A stretch of 64,000 nt of DNA from an uncultured Chloroflexia bacterium. GTDB taxonomy: Bacteria > Chloroflexota > Limnocylindria > Limnocylindrales > CSP1-4. The notes beneath the pieces are model-generated. The model did no database searches. It saw only the letters and a program-made list of their open reading frames with translations, and was not told the DNA's origin. Each line of letters starts with the position of its first letter. Within the stretch, counting starts at the first letter, position 1. Made by a program: the position numbers and the translations under genes. The stretch covers positions 187,756 through 251,755 of the forward strand of contig CAVUIE010000004.1 in NCBI GenBank assembly GCA_963741445.1, given 5' to 3'. Positions 36,287-46,250 of the stretch are shown one piece after another.

Positions 36287-36712
36287 CTAGATCCCCAGCC
36301 CTTCGAAGGCTTCGGCCAGCGCTTGTGGGTCGTCGAGCGCCTTGCGGTAGTCCTCCCACCGGTCGGGTGCCCAGATCTCCACGTGGTCGTGCGTCCCGAC
36401 CACCACGGCGTCAGCCGTGAGGCCGATGGACTCGCGCAGGTATGCCGGGACGAGGACCCGTCCCTGGCGGTCGAGCTCTGCGGGTGCGGACCCGGCGAAG
36501 ACGAACCTCGTGAAGCGCCGGGCGGTCTGGTCGGTGAATGGGAGCGCGGCGACCTTGGTCGAGAGGGACTCCCAGCCGGCCGCGGTGTGGATCGCGAGGC
36601 AGGGGTCCAGCCAGCGCGAGACGACGGCTCCGGCGTCCAGCTGGGCGCGGAACTTCGCAGGGACGGCGATCCGTCCCTTGTCGTCCACCGTGTGCCGGTA
36701 CTCGCCGGTGAA
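36287..36712 (-). CDS. mraZ: Transcriptional regulator MraZ.
   Basis: A GTG start sits behind an AGGGGAAG RBS. 'VFTGEYRHTVDDKGRIAVPAKFR...' contains the two MraZ DXXXR-like repeats. The ATG at 36771 is an alternative start. Confidence 0.85.
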   Translation of the reverse strand, partial: FTGEYRHTVDDKGRIAVPAKFRAQLDAGAVVSRWLDPCLAIHTAAGWESLSTKVAALPFTDQTARRFTRFVFAGSAPAELDRQGRVLVPAYLRESIGLTADAVVVGTHDHVEIWAPDRWEDYRKALDDPQALAEAFEGLGI

Positions 36713-36840
36713 CACCAGTCGGGCTTCCCCTGTCGTTGCGGTCGCGGTCGTCGCGTGCGGTACGGACATGCGGCTCGGGCCGCCGGCGGTGGCGGTGAGG
36801 CGGGGTTCTCGCCGGCGGGTCGGCCGGGTCGGTACGTTCC

Positions 36841-36866
36841 CCACTTTTCACCACTTCGCGCCACTT
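36841..36866 (-). promoter_or_regulatory. MraZ operator: three direct repeats (A/G)AAGTGG with exact 10-bp spacing.
   Basis: On the plus strand, CCACTT starts at 36841, 36851 and 36861. On the minus strand this reads GAAGTGGcgcGAAGTGGtgaAAAGTGG, immediately downstream of the -10 element. Confidence 0.65.
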
Positions 36867-36872
36867 CGGGCC

Positions 36873-36900
36873 ATATTAGCGTGTCAACGGCTCCCGTCAA
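36873..36900 (-). promoter_or_regulatory. dcw-cluster promoter (mraZ P1 equivalent): TTGACG-16 bp-TAATAT.
   Basis: The minus strand reads TTGACGggagccgttgacacgcTAATAT. A second TTGACA lies inside the spacer. Confidence 0.55.
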
Positions 36901-37235
36901 TGCCGTTTCTGCACATGGGGATGGGCGGGGCGCGGGCGTGCCGCGCGGTCGGCGGCGGGTCGGCGGCCGCGGCGCGTCGGCGGCGCTCGGCGGCCAGCGG
37001 CGCTGTCGGCGCGGTTCGGCGGCCGAGTCGTGGCGGAACGACCGTCAGGAGAGCGCCGATGGCCGGTCCGGTCGCGCCGATCCCGCGGTCCGTCGGCCGT
37101 CGGCGAGCGGTCGGATCACCGCCGGTGCGTGCACGGATATCCGCGTGATCCTGGACGTGCGCCGGGCCTCGCGATCAGCCGGCATCGGCCATAGCGGTTC
37201 CGGGGCGAGCGTCTGATGGCAGATCGGACGCGAGT

Positions 37236-37322
37236 GCGGCCGATCGCCGGGATCGGCGGGCTCAGCGGGCTCGGCGTCGGCGATCGCCGGCGCGATCGCC
37301 GGGCTCAGCGGGTCGGCGTCGG
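37236..37322. repeat. Imperfect tandem duplication of about 30 bp at the 3' end of the LysM gene.
   Basis: 'gggctcagcgggctcggcgtcggcgatcgcc' is followed by 'gggctcagcgggtcggcgtcgggatccgc'. Confidence 0.5.
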
Positions 37323-38089
37323 GATCCGCAGCTGCTGGCCGGACTTGAGGCCGGTCGTCTTCGTCCAGGGGTTCATGTTCCTGACCCGCTGGAGCGAGAC
37401 GCCGAAGTAGTTGGCGATGCTCGCGAGGTTGTCGCCCGAGCGGATCACGTAGATCCAGCAGTCCGACGTGCCGGGGCACGCCGTCAGGAGCGCGTACCGG
37501 TTCGAGGTGACGGCTTCGGCGTGGCTTCGCGGTCGGCTTGGGCGTCGGCGTCGGGGTCGGCGTCGAGCGCGTCGGGGTCGGGGACGGCGTGGCCGTCGGC
37601 GACGCGCTCGCGGCGGACGGGCTCGGCGTCACGACCGGCGCCGCGGCCGATGGCGCGACGGTCGCGGCCGCGGCGCCCGACGGTCGCAGCGGCGGCCAGC
37701 GACGGCGACGCGGCCGGCGGCCTGCTGGCGATCGCCGCCGAGGGCATGCTCAGCCCGCCGTTGGCCATCACGAACGCGGCCGAGATCGTGAACGAGAGGA
37801 CCAGCGTCGCGAGGGAGATGGCGATCGCCGGGGTCAGCGAGGCGAGCGCGCGCGGTCGCGCCGCCGGGACCGGCGTCATGGCCACGGCGCCGTGCTGGTA
37901 GCGCGGGCAGTTGACGTGGCCGCTGGAGAGGCAGACGAGCTGCTGCTGGCGCAGCGACTGCGGGACGACCTCGGCCAGGGCCGCGCATCGGTTGGCGGCG
38001 TCGGGCGCCTCGATCGGCGGGCCGACGACGCCGTTCACCTCGGCCCGGAAGAACGGGCAGACGACCGGGTTCTCGGACCGTCCCTGCAC
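37306..38089 (-). CDS. Membrane protein with an N-terminal Cys/His zinc-finger-like segment, one TM helix, an Ala/Pro-rich linker and a C-terminal LysM domain. There is a frameshift around 37480. The start is uncertain.
   Basis: The N-terminal segment reads 'VCPFFRAEV...NRCAAL...VCLSSGHVNCPRY'. The TM helix is 'LASLTPAIAISLATLVLSFTISAAFVMA'. The LysM domain 'CWIYVIRSGDNLASIANYFGVSLQRVRNMNPWTKTTGLKSGQQLRIP*' is in a shifted frame. Confidence 0.55.
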
Positions 38090-38375
38090 GAGCGGCAGCC
38101 AGATCGAGGGCTCGGGGATCGCCGACGTCCGGGCTCGATCGGCGGCGTCGATCGGCTGGTCGGCGAGGAGCTCCTCGGCCGTCCAGTCGTCGGGCGGCGG
38201 AGCGGCTGGCGTCTTCGGCTGGCACGCACCCTCCTGGGCCGTCGGTGGCTTGGACGGCCGGGAGTCTAGTACCTTTCGCGCCTTGCCGTGGCGACGGACG
38301 ACGGTGCTAGGCTCCGCCGCCAGAACCGACCGAACACCCGTTCGGCCCGCACGGATCGAGGCGAATCACCGCGTC

Positions 38376-38681
38376 ATGGCCCTGCCACTCCCGGTCATCC
38401 CGCCGCAACCGGACGCGTTCCACCTCGCGCCGCACCGCATCAAGCGCTGCACGTTCCGGCGCCTGATCCAGGTCGAGGCAGGCGGCGAGCGGGTCTACGA
38501 CGTCGAGTGCCTCTTCCCCGATCGCAAGGTGCCGATCCCCCTCGGCGACCTCGATGCGGCCACGCCGATCTGCAACAGCTGCACGGCCCCGCACATCTTC
38601 CGCCCGACGAGGACTGACCGCCGTCTGGCGTGCGCGCTGAGCGTCGTCCGGGATGGGGAGCGTCAGCGAGGCGGTCTGTAA
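38376..38681 (+). CDS. Hypothetical small four-Cys protein of 101 aa. Its 3' end overlaps the rnpB 3' end on the opposite strand.
   Basis: 'MALPLPVIPPQPDAFHLAPHRIKRCTFRRLIQVEAGGERVYDVECLFPDRKVPIPLGDLDAATPICNSCTAPHIF...' has GC3-rich codon usage and a weak RBS. I recognise no domain. Confidence 0.3.
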   Translation: MALPLPVIPPQPDAFHLAPHRIKRCTFRRLIQVEAGGERVYDVECLFPDRKVPIPLGDLDAATPICNSCTAPHIFRPTRTDRRLACALSVVRDGERQRGGL

Positions 38682-39030
38682 GCCGAGTTCTGTCCCGATC
38701 GGCGCCGAAGCGCCGGCCGGGGATGGCCATCCATCTGAGGCCGGCGGTTGCCTACCGGCTCATGCGGCCGACCCGAGGGCTGGGCAGCGCACCTCTCCCC
38801 CGGCGACGGTTGCCCGCCGTCGGGTTGCGCCCTCCTATTTGGCCTTGCTCCGGGTGGAGTTTGCCGCGTTTCACTCCGTCGGCGACCCGAGGGCCGTCGT
38901 CGGCATCGTCACTGTGGCACTGGTCCTCGTCTCACGACGGACGGGCGTTACCCGCCACCCTGCGCTGAGGAGCTCGGACTTTCCTCACGACGAGCGGGTC
39001 GCCCCGCCGCCGCGCGACCATCCGACCGCC
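38657..39030 (-). ncRNA. rnpB: RNase P RNA (rnpB), bacterial type A.
   Basis: The minus strand carries GAGGAAAGTCCGAGCTCC (P4 5' strand), CAGGGTGGCGGGTAACGCC, ACCAGTGCCACAG, AAACTCCACCCGGAGCAAGGCCAAATAGG and ACAGAACTCGGCTTACAG (P4 3' strand). A 15-bp P1 helix pairs CGTCAGCGAGGCGGT with ACCGCCTCGCTGACG. Confidence 0.88.
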
Positions 39031-39047
39031 TCGCTGACGAGGCCATC

Positions 39048-39524
39048 CTACCCGCCGCGAGATCCCGGGCGGCCGGCGCGAGGACGATCCGGCCCTTCGG
39101 ACCGTCGAAGAAGAGGTTGCCGCTGCCGTCCGCCGTCTGGGTGACCTGCTGCGGACCCTGGAGCGCCGCGAAGAAGACGGTCTCGAAGTCGCCCTGCGGG
39201 CCGATGCAGCCCATGAGCGTCATCATCAGCTCGCCGAACGTGAGCGTGCCGGTCGTCGGGTCGTAGGTGTAGGCGCCACCGAACTGGTTGCATCCGCCGG
39301 TGCCCTGCGCGCGGTCGGCCGTGAACCCGATGAACGGCGTGCTCGCCGGGACCGACGGCTGGCCGGCGACCGAGACCACGCCCCAGTTCGTGCCCGCGAG
39401 CGTCGCGGGCCAGCCGGGACGGCCGTCGGGCACCGGGATCGACGCCGCTCGACCCGCCGCACGCGGCGACGAGCAGGGCGATGAGCGCGATCGCGACGGC
39501 GGTCCGGGCGAACGGGGTGCTCAC
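39048..39524 (-). CDS. META-domain (HslJ-like, DUF306) lipoprotein, with a frameshift in mid-gene.
   Basis: The lipobox reads 'MSTPFARTAVAIALIALLVAACGG'. The META-like motifs 'GGCNQFGGAYTYD...GTLTFGELMMTLMGCIGPQGDFE...NLFFDGPKGRIVL' are in another frame. Confidence 0.55.
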   Translation of the reverse strand: MSTPFARTAVAIALIALLVAACGGSSGVDPGARRPSRLARDARGHELGRGLGRRPAVGPGEHAVHRVHGRPRAGHRRMQPVRWRLHLRPDDRHAHVRRADDDAHGLHRPAGRLRDRLLRGAPGSAAGHPDGGRQRQPLLRRSEGPDRPRAGRPGSRGG

Positions 39525-39567
39525 GGCCGCCTGACGGCGATCGACGCGCCACGGTTCCGCGCACGGC

Positions 39568-40020
39568 CGCGGCGCCGGTCAGGGCCGACGCACGACCGAG
39601 GCCGGCCCGCCGGCCTGCGCCCGGTCGATCGCCTCGTTCGCGAGCCGGTCGGCGACGGAGTTCTGGGCGCGCGGCACGTGGGCCGCGGTCCAGCGGTCGA
39701 AGCCGGCGAGCGTCTTGCGGGCCGCCGACCAGAGCGGGATCAGCTTCGCGTCCTTGACCCGCCAGCGGCCGGCGAGCTGCTCGACGATGAGCTTCGAATC
39801 GAGGAGGAGATGGACCTCGCGCGCGCCGAGGTCGCGGGCGAGCTCGAGCGCGCGGACGACGCCCGTGTACTCGGCGACGTTGTTGGTCTGGATCCCGAGA
39901 TAGGCCGAGATCGACGCGTCGGGATCGGCCTTGTCGTTGCGCGCGTCGGGCCGGGCGAGGTCGTAGAGCGCCGCCCCGGACGAGGCCGGTCCGGGGTTGC
40001 CGCGGGCCGCGCCGTCGGTG
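39568..40020 (-). CDS. rnhA: Ribonuclease HI-like protein. The start is unresolved, and there may be a Pro/Ala-rich N-terminal extension.
   Basis: 'LLIRTDGAARGNPGPASSGAALYD...ISAYLGIQTNNVAEYTGVVRALELARDLGAREVHLLLDSKLIVEQLAGRWRVKDAKL...NSVADRLANEAID' is an RNase H fold. Confidence 0.7.
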
Positions 40021-40189
40021 CGGATCAGGAGGCGGAGCGACGAGGCCGCCGGCGCGGCGCGGGCGGGATCGGGCGCCGCGGGATCGGCCCCGGCCGCGGC
40101 CGTCGGTCGCTCGACGGTCTCGCCGTCGGTCCAGAGGGTCGGCGGGCCGTCCGGGTCGTCGGCGCGGTCGCGCGCCGTCAGACGGTCCC

Positions 40190-41100
40190 CTCGTCCGCGT
40201 CGCCTGGTCGGCCGGCCCGGGGGCGCGTCGGCCGCTCGGCGCCTCGGCAGTGACGGCGTCGCGGCGCCGACCGGCGCATCGGCGACACCGCGCCGCCGCC
40301 GCCCCGCCCGGTCCGGACGGCAGCACCGGCAGCTCCTTCCCGGCGGCCGACGACGAGGAGCCGCCGCGCAGGAACCGCCACGCCATCTTGAGCGGGTCGT
40401 AGTACTCGTCGGCGACGCGCTCCTTGAGCGGGATGATCGCGTTGTCGGTGATCTTGATGTGCTCCGGGCAGACCTCGGTGCAGCACTTGGTGATGTTGCA
40501 GTAGCCGATGCCGCCGGCGTCCTTGAGGTACGGCCGCCGGTCCGCCTCGTCGATCGGGTGCATCTCGAGGCCCGCCGCGCGGACCAGGAAGCGCGGCCCC
40601 ATGAACGGCTTGTCGGTCTCGTGGTTGCGCAGCACGTGGCAGACGTCCTGGCACAGGAAGCACTCGATGCACTTGCGGTATTCCTGGACCCGCTCGATGT
40701 CCTCCTGCTGCCAGCGCCACTCCTCCTGCGGCTTGTCGGCGGGCGGCGTGAACGGCTCGATGGTCTTGTTGACCTCGTAGTTCCAGGAGACGTCGGTGAC
40801 GAGGTCGCGGATCAGCGGGAAGGCGCGCATCGGCTCGACCGTGATCGGCTGCTCGAGGTCGAAGTCGGACAGCCGCGTCTTGCAGGTCAGGCTCGGCCGG
40901 CCGTCCACCTCGGCGCTGCACGAGCCGCACTTCGCGGCCTTGCAGTTCCAGCGGACCGCGAGGTCGGGCGCCTCGTGTCCCTGGATCCAGTGGAGGGCGT
41001 CGAGGACGACCATCCCCTCCTCCACCGGGACGTCGAACTCGTCGTAGTGGCCGGGCTCGCCGGGGCTGCCGCGGAAGACCCTCAGGTGGGCGTCGGGCAT
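40190..41100 (-). CDS. sdhB: Succinate dehydrogenase/fumarate reductase iron-sulfur subunit, with a C-terminal frameshift.
   Basis: 'MPDAHLRVFRGSPGEPGHYDEFDV...CKAAKCGSCSAEVDG...CIECFLCQDVCHV...YCNITKCCTEVCPEHIK' gives the 2Fe-2S, 4Fe-4S and 3Fe-4S cysteine motifs. Confidence 0.85.
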
Positions 41101-41116
41101 CGGTCGTCTCCCGTGG

Positions 41117-42938
41117 TCAGTGACTGCCGAGGAGGTCGCGGAGCGCGTCGGGCATGCCCGGCAGCGGCGCGGTGGTCGTGGTCATGGCGCCATCGGGCCC
41201 CTTGGCGACCACGCTGTTGCGATGGCCCCACGCCGCGTCGTCGGTCGCCGGGAAGTCGATCCGGCTGTGCGCCCCGCGGCTCTCGGTCCGCTGCCGGGCG
41301 CTGCGCGTGATGGCCTCGGACACGATCAGCAGGTTGCGCAGCTCGAAGGCGAGGTTCCAGCCCGGGTTGTAGGCCCGGCCGCCGACGACGCGCACGCCGG
41401 TCGAGCCGCGCGCGCAGCGCGTCGAGCGCCGTCGAGCGCCTCGGCCAGGTCGGCCTCCTCGCGGAAGATGCCGACCAGTCGCTGCATCATGTCCTGGAGG
41501 TCGCGCTGGATCGCGTACGGGTCGTCGCCGTCGGTGCGCGCCAGCGGCGCATCGAGCGCCGCCTCCGCGGCGTGGACCTGGTGCGGGTCCACGTACGGGT
41601 CGCCGGCCTGGGCGGCGGCGTAGGCCGCGGCGCCCGTCCCGGTCCGCGCCCCGAAGACCAGCAGGTCCGAGAGCGAGTTCCCGCCGAGCCGGTTGGCGCC
41701 GTGCATGCCGCCGGCGACCTCGCCCGCGGCGTACAGGCCCGGGACGGTCGTCGCGCCCGTGTCCGGCACGACCCGGATGCCGCCCATCACGTAGTGCGTG
41801 GTCGGCCCGACCTCCATCGGCCCGGCCGTGATGTCGACGTCGGCGAGCTCCTTGAACTGCTCGTACATCGAGGGCAGCTTGCGCCGGACGTGGTCGGCGG
41901 GCAGGTAGCTGATGTCGAGGAAGACGCCGCCGTGCGGCGAGCCGCGGCCCTCCTTGACCTCCGTGTAGATCGCCCGCGCGACGTTGTCCCGGGTGGAGAG
42001 CTCGGGCGGCCGGCGCGCGTCGGTCTCGCGGCCCTGCGAGAGCGCGGTGACCCATGTCGAGGCCTCGTCGTCGGTCGCGGCGTACTCGGCCCGGCGGTCC
42101 TCGGGCAGGTACGTCCACATGAACCGCTCGCCCAGGCTGTTGCGCAGGATCCCGCCCTCGCCGCGGACGGCCTCGGTGACGAGCAGGCCGCGGACGCCGG
42201 GCGGCCAGACCATCCCGGTCGGGTGGAACTGGACGAACTCCATGTCGATGAGCTCGGCGCCGGCCTCGTAGGCGAGCGCCTGGCCGTCGCCGCTGTACTC
42301 CCACGAGTTCGAGGTGATCTCGTACGCCTTGCCGATGCCGCCCGTGGCGAGGACGACGGCCTTGGCCGGGAAGACGACCGGGTAGCCGGTCGCGCGCCAG
42401 TAGCCGACCGCGCCCGGTGACCCTGCCGCCGCCCGTCGTCAGGTGCGTGACCGTGCACTCCATGAAGACGTCGATGCCGGCCGCGACCGCCTGGTCCTGG
42501 AGCGTGCGGATCATCTCGAGCCCGGTCCGGTCGCCGACGTGGGCGAGCCGCGGGTGCGAGTGGCCGCCGAACGGCCGCTGGAGGATGCGCCCGTCGCGGG
42601 TCCGGTCGAAGACCGCGCCCCAGCGCTCGAGCTCGTTGACGCGGGCCGGGGCCTCCTGGGCGTGCAGCTCGGCCATGCGCGGGTGGTTGAGCAGCTTGCC
42701 GCCGACCATCGTGTCGCGGAAGTGGATCTGCCACGAGTCGGCGGCGGCCACGTTGCCGAGGGCGGCCGCGACGCCGCCCTCGGCCATCACCGTGTGGGCC
42801 TTGCCGAGGAGCGACTTGCAGACCAGCCCGACCGTCGCCCCGGCGGCCCGGGCCTCGATCGCGGCCCGCAGCCCGGCGCCGCCCGGCGCCGATGACGAGG
42901 ACGTCGTAGGGGTGCGACTTCGGGTCGGGGATCGCCAT
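41117..42938 (-). CDS. sdhA: Succinate dehydrogenase flavoprotein subunit, with multiple frameshifts.
   Basis: 'MAIPDPKSHPYDVLVIGAG...KSLLGKAHTVMAEGG...DMEFVQFHPTGMVWPPGVRGLLVTEAVRGEGGIL...RSARQRTESRGAHSRIDFP' carries the FAD-binding and catalytic motifs. Confidence 0.9.
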
Positions 42939-42953
42939 GCTCGTCCGGCCGTC

Positions 42954-43783
42954 CTAGAAGTGGATCGCCGGGTCGGTGATGACCCCGAGCGCCAGCAGGC
43001 GGACGTAGATGTCGGCGAAGGTGACCGTCAGGAGGCTGATCCAGGCCCACGCCATGTGGTGGCGGTTGAGCGTGGTCAGCCGCTGCCACAGGCCGTGGCG
43101 GATCTGCGTGTTGCGCGAGCACGAGAAGCAGTCGATCTTGCCGCCGACCAGGTGGCGCAGCGAGTGGCACGACAGCGAGTAGCCGGTCAGGAGCGCGGCG
43201 TTGAACGTGAGGATCACCGTCCCCAGGCCGATCCGCCAGGCGCCCGTCGAGGCGGAACGACGTGACCGCGTCGACCCACAGGAAGAACAGCGGGATGAAT
43301 GCGAGGTACAGGAAGTAGCGGTGCAGGTTCTGGAGGATGAACGGCAGCGACGCCTCCATCGAGTAGCGCCGGTGGATCGTGGGCTCGCCGACGGCGCAGC
43401 CGGGCGGGTCGGCGAAGTAGAAGCGGTAGTAGGCCTTGCGGTAGTAGTAGCAGGTCGCCCGGAAGCCGAGCGGGATCCACAGGATCAGGATGGCCGGGCT
43501 GAACCAGGCCGGCAGGAACGGCAGGACGATCAGCGGCGAGAACAACGGGGAGAGGTAGCCGTCCACCTCGTACGGCGTGTTGAACAGCGGGCGTGAGCAG
43601 GACGCCGCTGATGAACAGGTAGGTCGCGCAGATCGTGAAGACCGTCCCCTGGACGGCGGGCGCCGACCACCAGCGCGTCGTGCGGCTGGTCGCACCGAAG
43701 CCGCGGGCCGTCGTGCCGCGCGGCTTGGGCGGCGGGACCCTGGGCGCGGCGAGCGGCCGGGCCGGCGGCGGGAGCGTGGCCAT
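42954..43783 (-). CDS. sdhC: Succinate dehydrogenase cytochrome b membrane anchor, B. subtilis/Wolinella type (single large subunit), with frameshifts.
   Basis: The N-terminus '[10 protein letters not shown]...[26 protein letters not shown]', the middle '...[31 protein letters not shown]...' and the C-terminus '...[30 protein letters not shown]...[28 protein letters not shown]' lie in three frames. There are five predicted TM helices with His ligands. Confidence 0.6.
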
Positions 43784-43822
43784 CTGGTGGTGGGTCCTCC
43801 GATCGGGTCGGGCTTGGTTCGC

Positions 43823-44855
43823 TTAGGAGGTCGGCGCGGCGGCCGGGGTCGCGGCGAGGTGCTCGATGACCGCGTCCGCGAAGTCCTGCGTGCCCGTCGA
43901 TCCGCCGAGGTCGTACGTCGTCCGGCGGCCCTCGGCGATCACCTCGCGGACGGCCCGCTCCACGTCCGCCGCGGCCTCCGGGTAGCCGAGGTGCCGGAGC
44001 ATCAGCGCGCCGCTCAGGATGAGCGCGGTGGGGTTCGCCTTGTCGAGGCCGGCGTACTTGGGCGCGGAGCCGTGGACCGGCTCGAAGACCGCGGCGTCGG
44101 TGCCGATGTTGGCGCCCGGCGCGACGCCGAGCCCGCCGACGAGGCCCGCCGCGAGGTCGCTCACGATGTCGCCGTACAGGTTCGGCAGCACGAGCACGTC
44201 GTACAGCTCCGGCTTCTGGACGAGCTGCATGCACATGTTGTCGACGATGCGGTCCTCGAACTCGATCCGGCCCTCGTAGTCGGCCGCGACGGTCCGGCAG
44301 CGAGTCGAGGAAGAGGCCGTCCGACAGCTTCATGATGTTGGCCTTGTGGACGGCCGTGACCTTGTGCCGGCCGTTGGCGACCGCGTAGTCGAAGGCGAAG
44401 CGGGCGATCCGCTCCGACGCCTCGCGGGTGATGATCTTGATGCTCTCGGCCGCGTCGCGGCCGACCATGTGCTCGATGCCGGCGTAGAGGTCCTCGGTGT
44501 TCTCGCGGACGATGACGAGGTCGATGTCCTCGTAGCGCGACTCGACGCCGACCATCGAGCGAGCCGGGCGCAGGTTGGCGTACAGCCCGAGCGCCTGGCG
44601 GAGGCCGACGTTGACGCTCCGGAACCCGCCGCCGACCGGCGTGGTGATCGGGCCCTTGAGGCCGACCTTCGTGCTCCGGATCGAGGCGAGGACCTCGTCC
44701 GGGAGCGGCGTCCCGTGGGCCGCGATCGCGGCCTCGCCCGCCTCGACGGGCTCCCATTCGAACCCGATGCCGGTCGCATCGAGCACGCGGGTGGTCGCCT
44801 CCGCCAGCTCCGGACCGATGCCGTCGCCGGGGATCAGCGTGATTCGATGGGCCAT
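43823..44855 (-). CDS. icd: Isocitrate/isopropylmalate dehydrogenase family protein, probably NAD-dependent isocitrate dehydrogenase. There is a frameshift around 44240.
   Basis: '[25 protein letters not shown]...[11 protein letters not shown]...[15 protein letters not shown]' plus '...[27 protein letters not shown]' are motifs of the beta-decarboxylating dehydrogenase family. The gene sits next to sdh. Confidence 0.7.
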
Positions 44856-44942
44856 GGCCCGATTGTAGCGACGCGGCGGACGCGGCGGCGGCCGGCGCCC
44901 CGAGGGGTGCCGGCCGCGATGGGTCGGTGAGCCGGGCGACGG

Positions 44943-46080
44943 TCAGCGGACCGGCAGCCAGACCACCGGGTTGCCGAGATCGAGCACGTTCGTGTCGAGC
45001 GGGATCACGATCGGCTGGCCCGTCCCGTCGGCCATGACCGACAGGATCGAGGTGCCGTGACGTCCGGGGCGATGAGGCGCTTGCCGTCGGGCGAGAACGC
45101 GGCCGGTCCGCAGAAGTTCTTGTCCTTCAGCTCGGGGTGCTCCTGGCAGCTCTTGCCATCCGCCCATGCCGTGATGGCGATGACCGGTCGGTCCAGGCCG
45201 GCCAGGACGTCGGCCGTCTGCCGCACCTCGGTGCCCCAGGAGGAGATCCGAGTCGCCGTCCGGAGACCACGTCGGCCAGAAGGACGGGGCCACCGGCAGG
45301 TCCCTGGCTGAGGTGACGTCGAAGGTCCGTGCCGAGCCGGGCGCACCGGCCGTCGGGCTGGCGGCCGTGTACAGCAGCCGCGGGACGGTCGGATCGGGCG
45401 ACCAGCTGACGCCGCCGCCCGCCGAGACCGGCGACGTCGTGAGCTTGTGCAGGTCCTTGCCGTCCGGCCGGATCAGGTAGATGTCGCCCAGTTCGCGTGG
45501 TGCGATCCGCGGCGACGAAGGCGATCCACTGGCCGTCGGGCGACCAGGACGGGACGACCAGAGCCCGAAGCTCGAGGTCGATCGCGATCGGCGTCCAGCT
45601 CGGTGGAGCCGGAGCCGTCCGCCTTCGCGACCACCAGGTGCTCGCGCGGTGCCGTCGAAGGTCAGGAAGGCGATGCGCTGGTCGTCCGGCGACCAGCTGC
45701 TGGGGCTGCCCATCGCGACCGTGCCAGCGGGCACGGCCAGCCTGGCGGTCGATCCGTCGCTCGCGCGGACGATGTCCGTGCGCTCGTCGGTGCCGACCAT
45801 GACCATGGCGATGCGCGACCCGTCGTGCGACACGACGAGGTCCTGCGCGGTGCGCGGTGAGGGTCTTGACGGTCTTCGGGTCCGTGCCGTCGGCGGCGTA
45901 GCTCTTGAGGGTCGAGCCGTCGGCGACGAGGATCCGGCCGTTGGTCGCGAGGCCGGAGACCGGCGAGGGCGCGCGGAGCGCGCCGGTGAAGACGGCGGTG
46001 CCGACGATCGCCAGGACGACGAGGGCGATCAGGGCCAGCCAGACGAGCGCGCGTGGGGCCGCGATCCGGCCCCGCATGTC
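44943..46080 (-). CDS. Membrane-anchored WD40-like beta-propeller (TolB/PD40-repeat) protein. It may be the C-terminal domain of the anti-sigma factor. There are multiple frameshifts.
   Basis: A TM helix ('MRGRIAAPRALVWLALIALVVLAIVGTAVF') is followed by repeated '...SWSPDGxxIAF...' propeller blades ('IYLIRPDGKDLHKLTT', 'WSPDGDS', 'FSPDGKRLIAPD'). Confidence 0.5.
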
Positions 46081-46250
46081 AGTCGCGGTATCCACGGGGA
46101 GCCACCTTTCGGGGCTCGACCACCACGCTCCGCTGTCGCGTCGCCGCGGTCTGCACCAGGACCTCGCGCGAGGTGGTCCGGGACGCGATGCCCGGCCTCC
46201 TCGTGAAGCCACGCGGTGAGGGTCTGTCCGAACTGGTCGTTGGCGGTCAT
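46080..46250 (-). CDS. Putative anti-sigma factor N-terminal segment, with a frameshift. It may be continuous with the downstream beta-propeller ORF.
   Basis: '[27 protein letters not shown]|TSREVLVQTAATRQRSVVVEPRKVAPRGYRD*' overlaps the sigma-factor stop in an operon arrangement. Confidence 0.35.
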
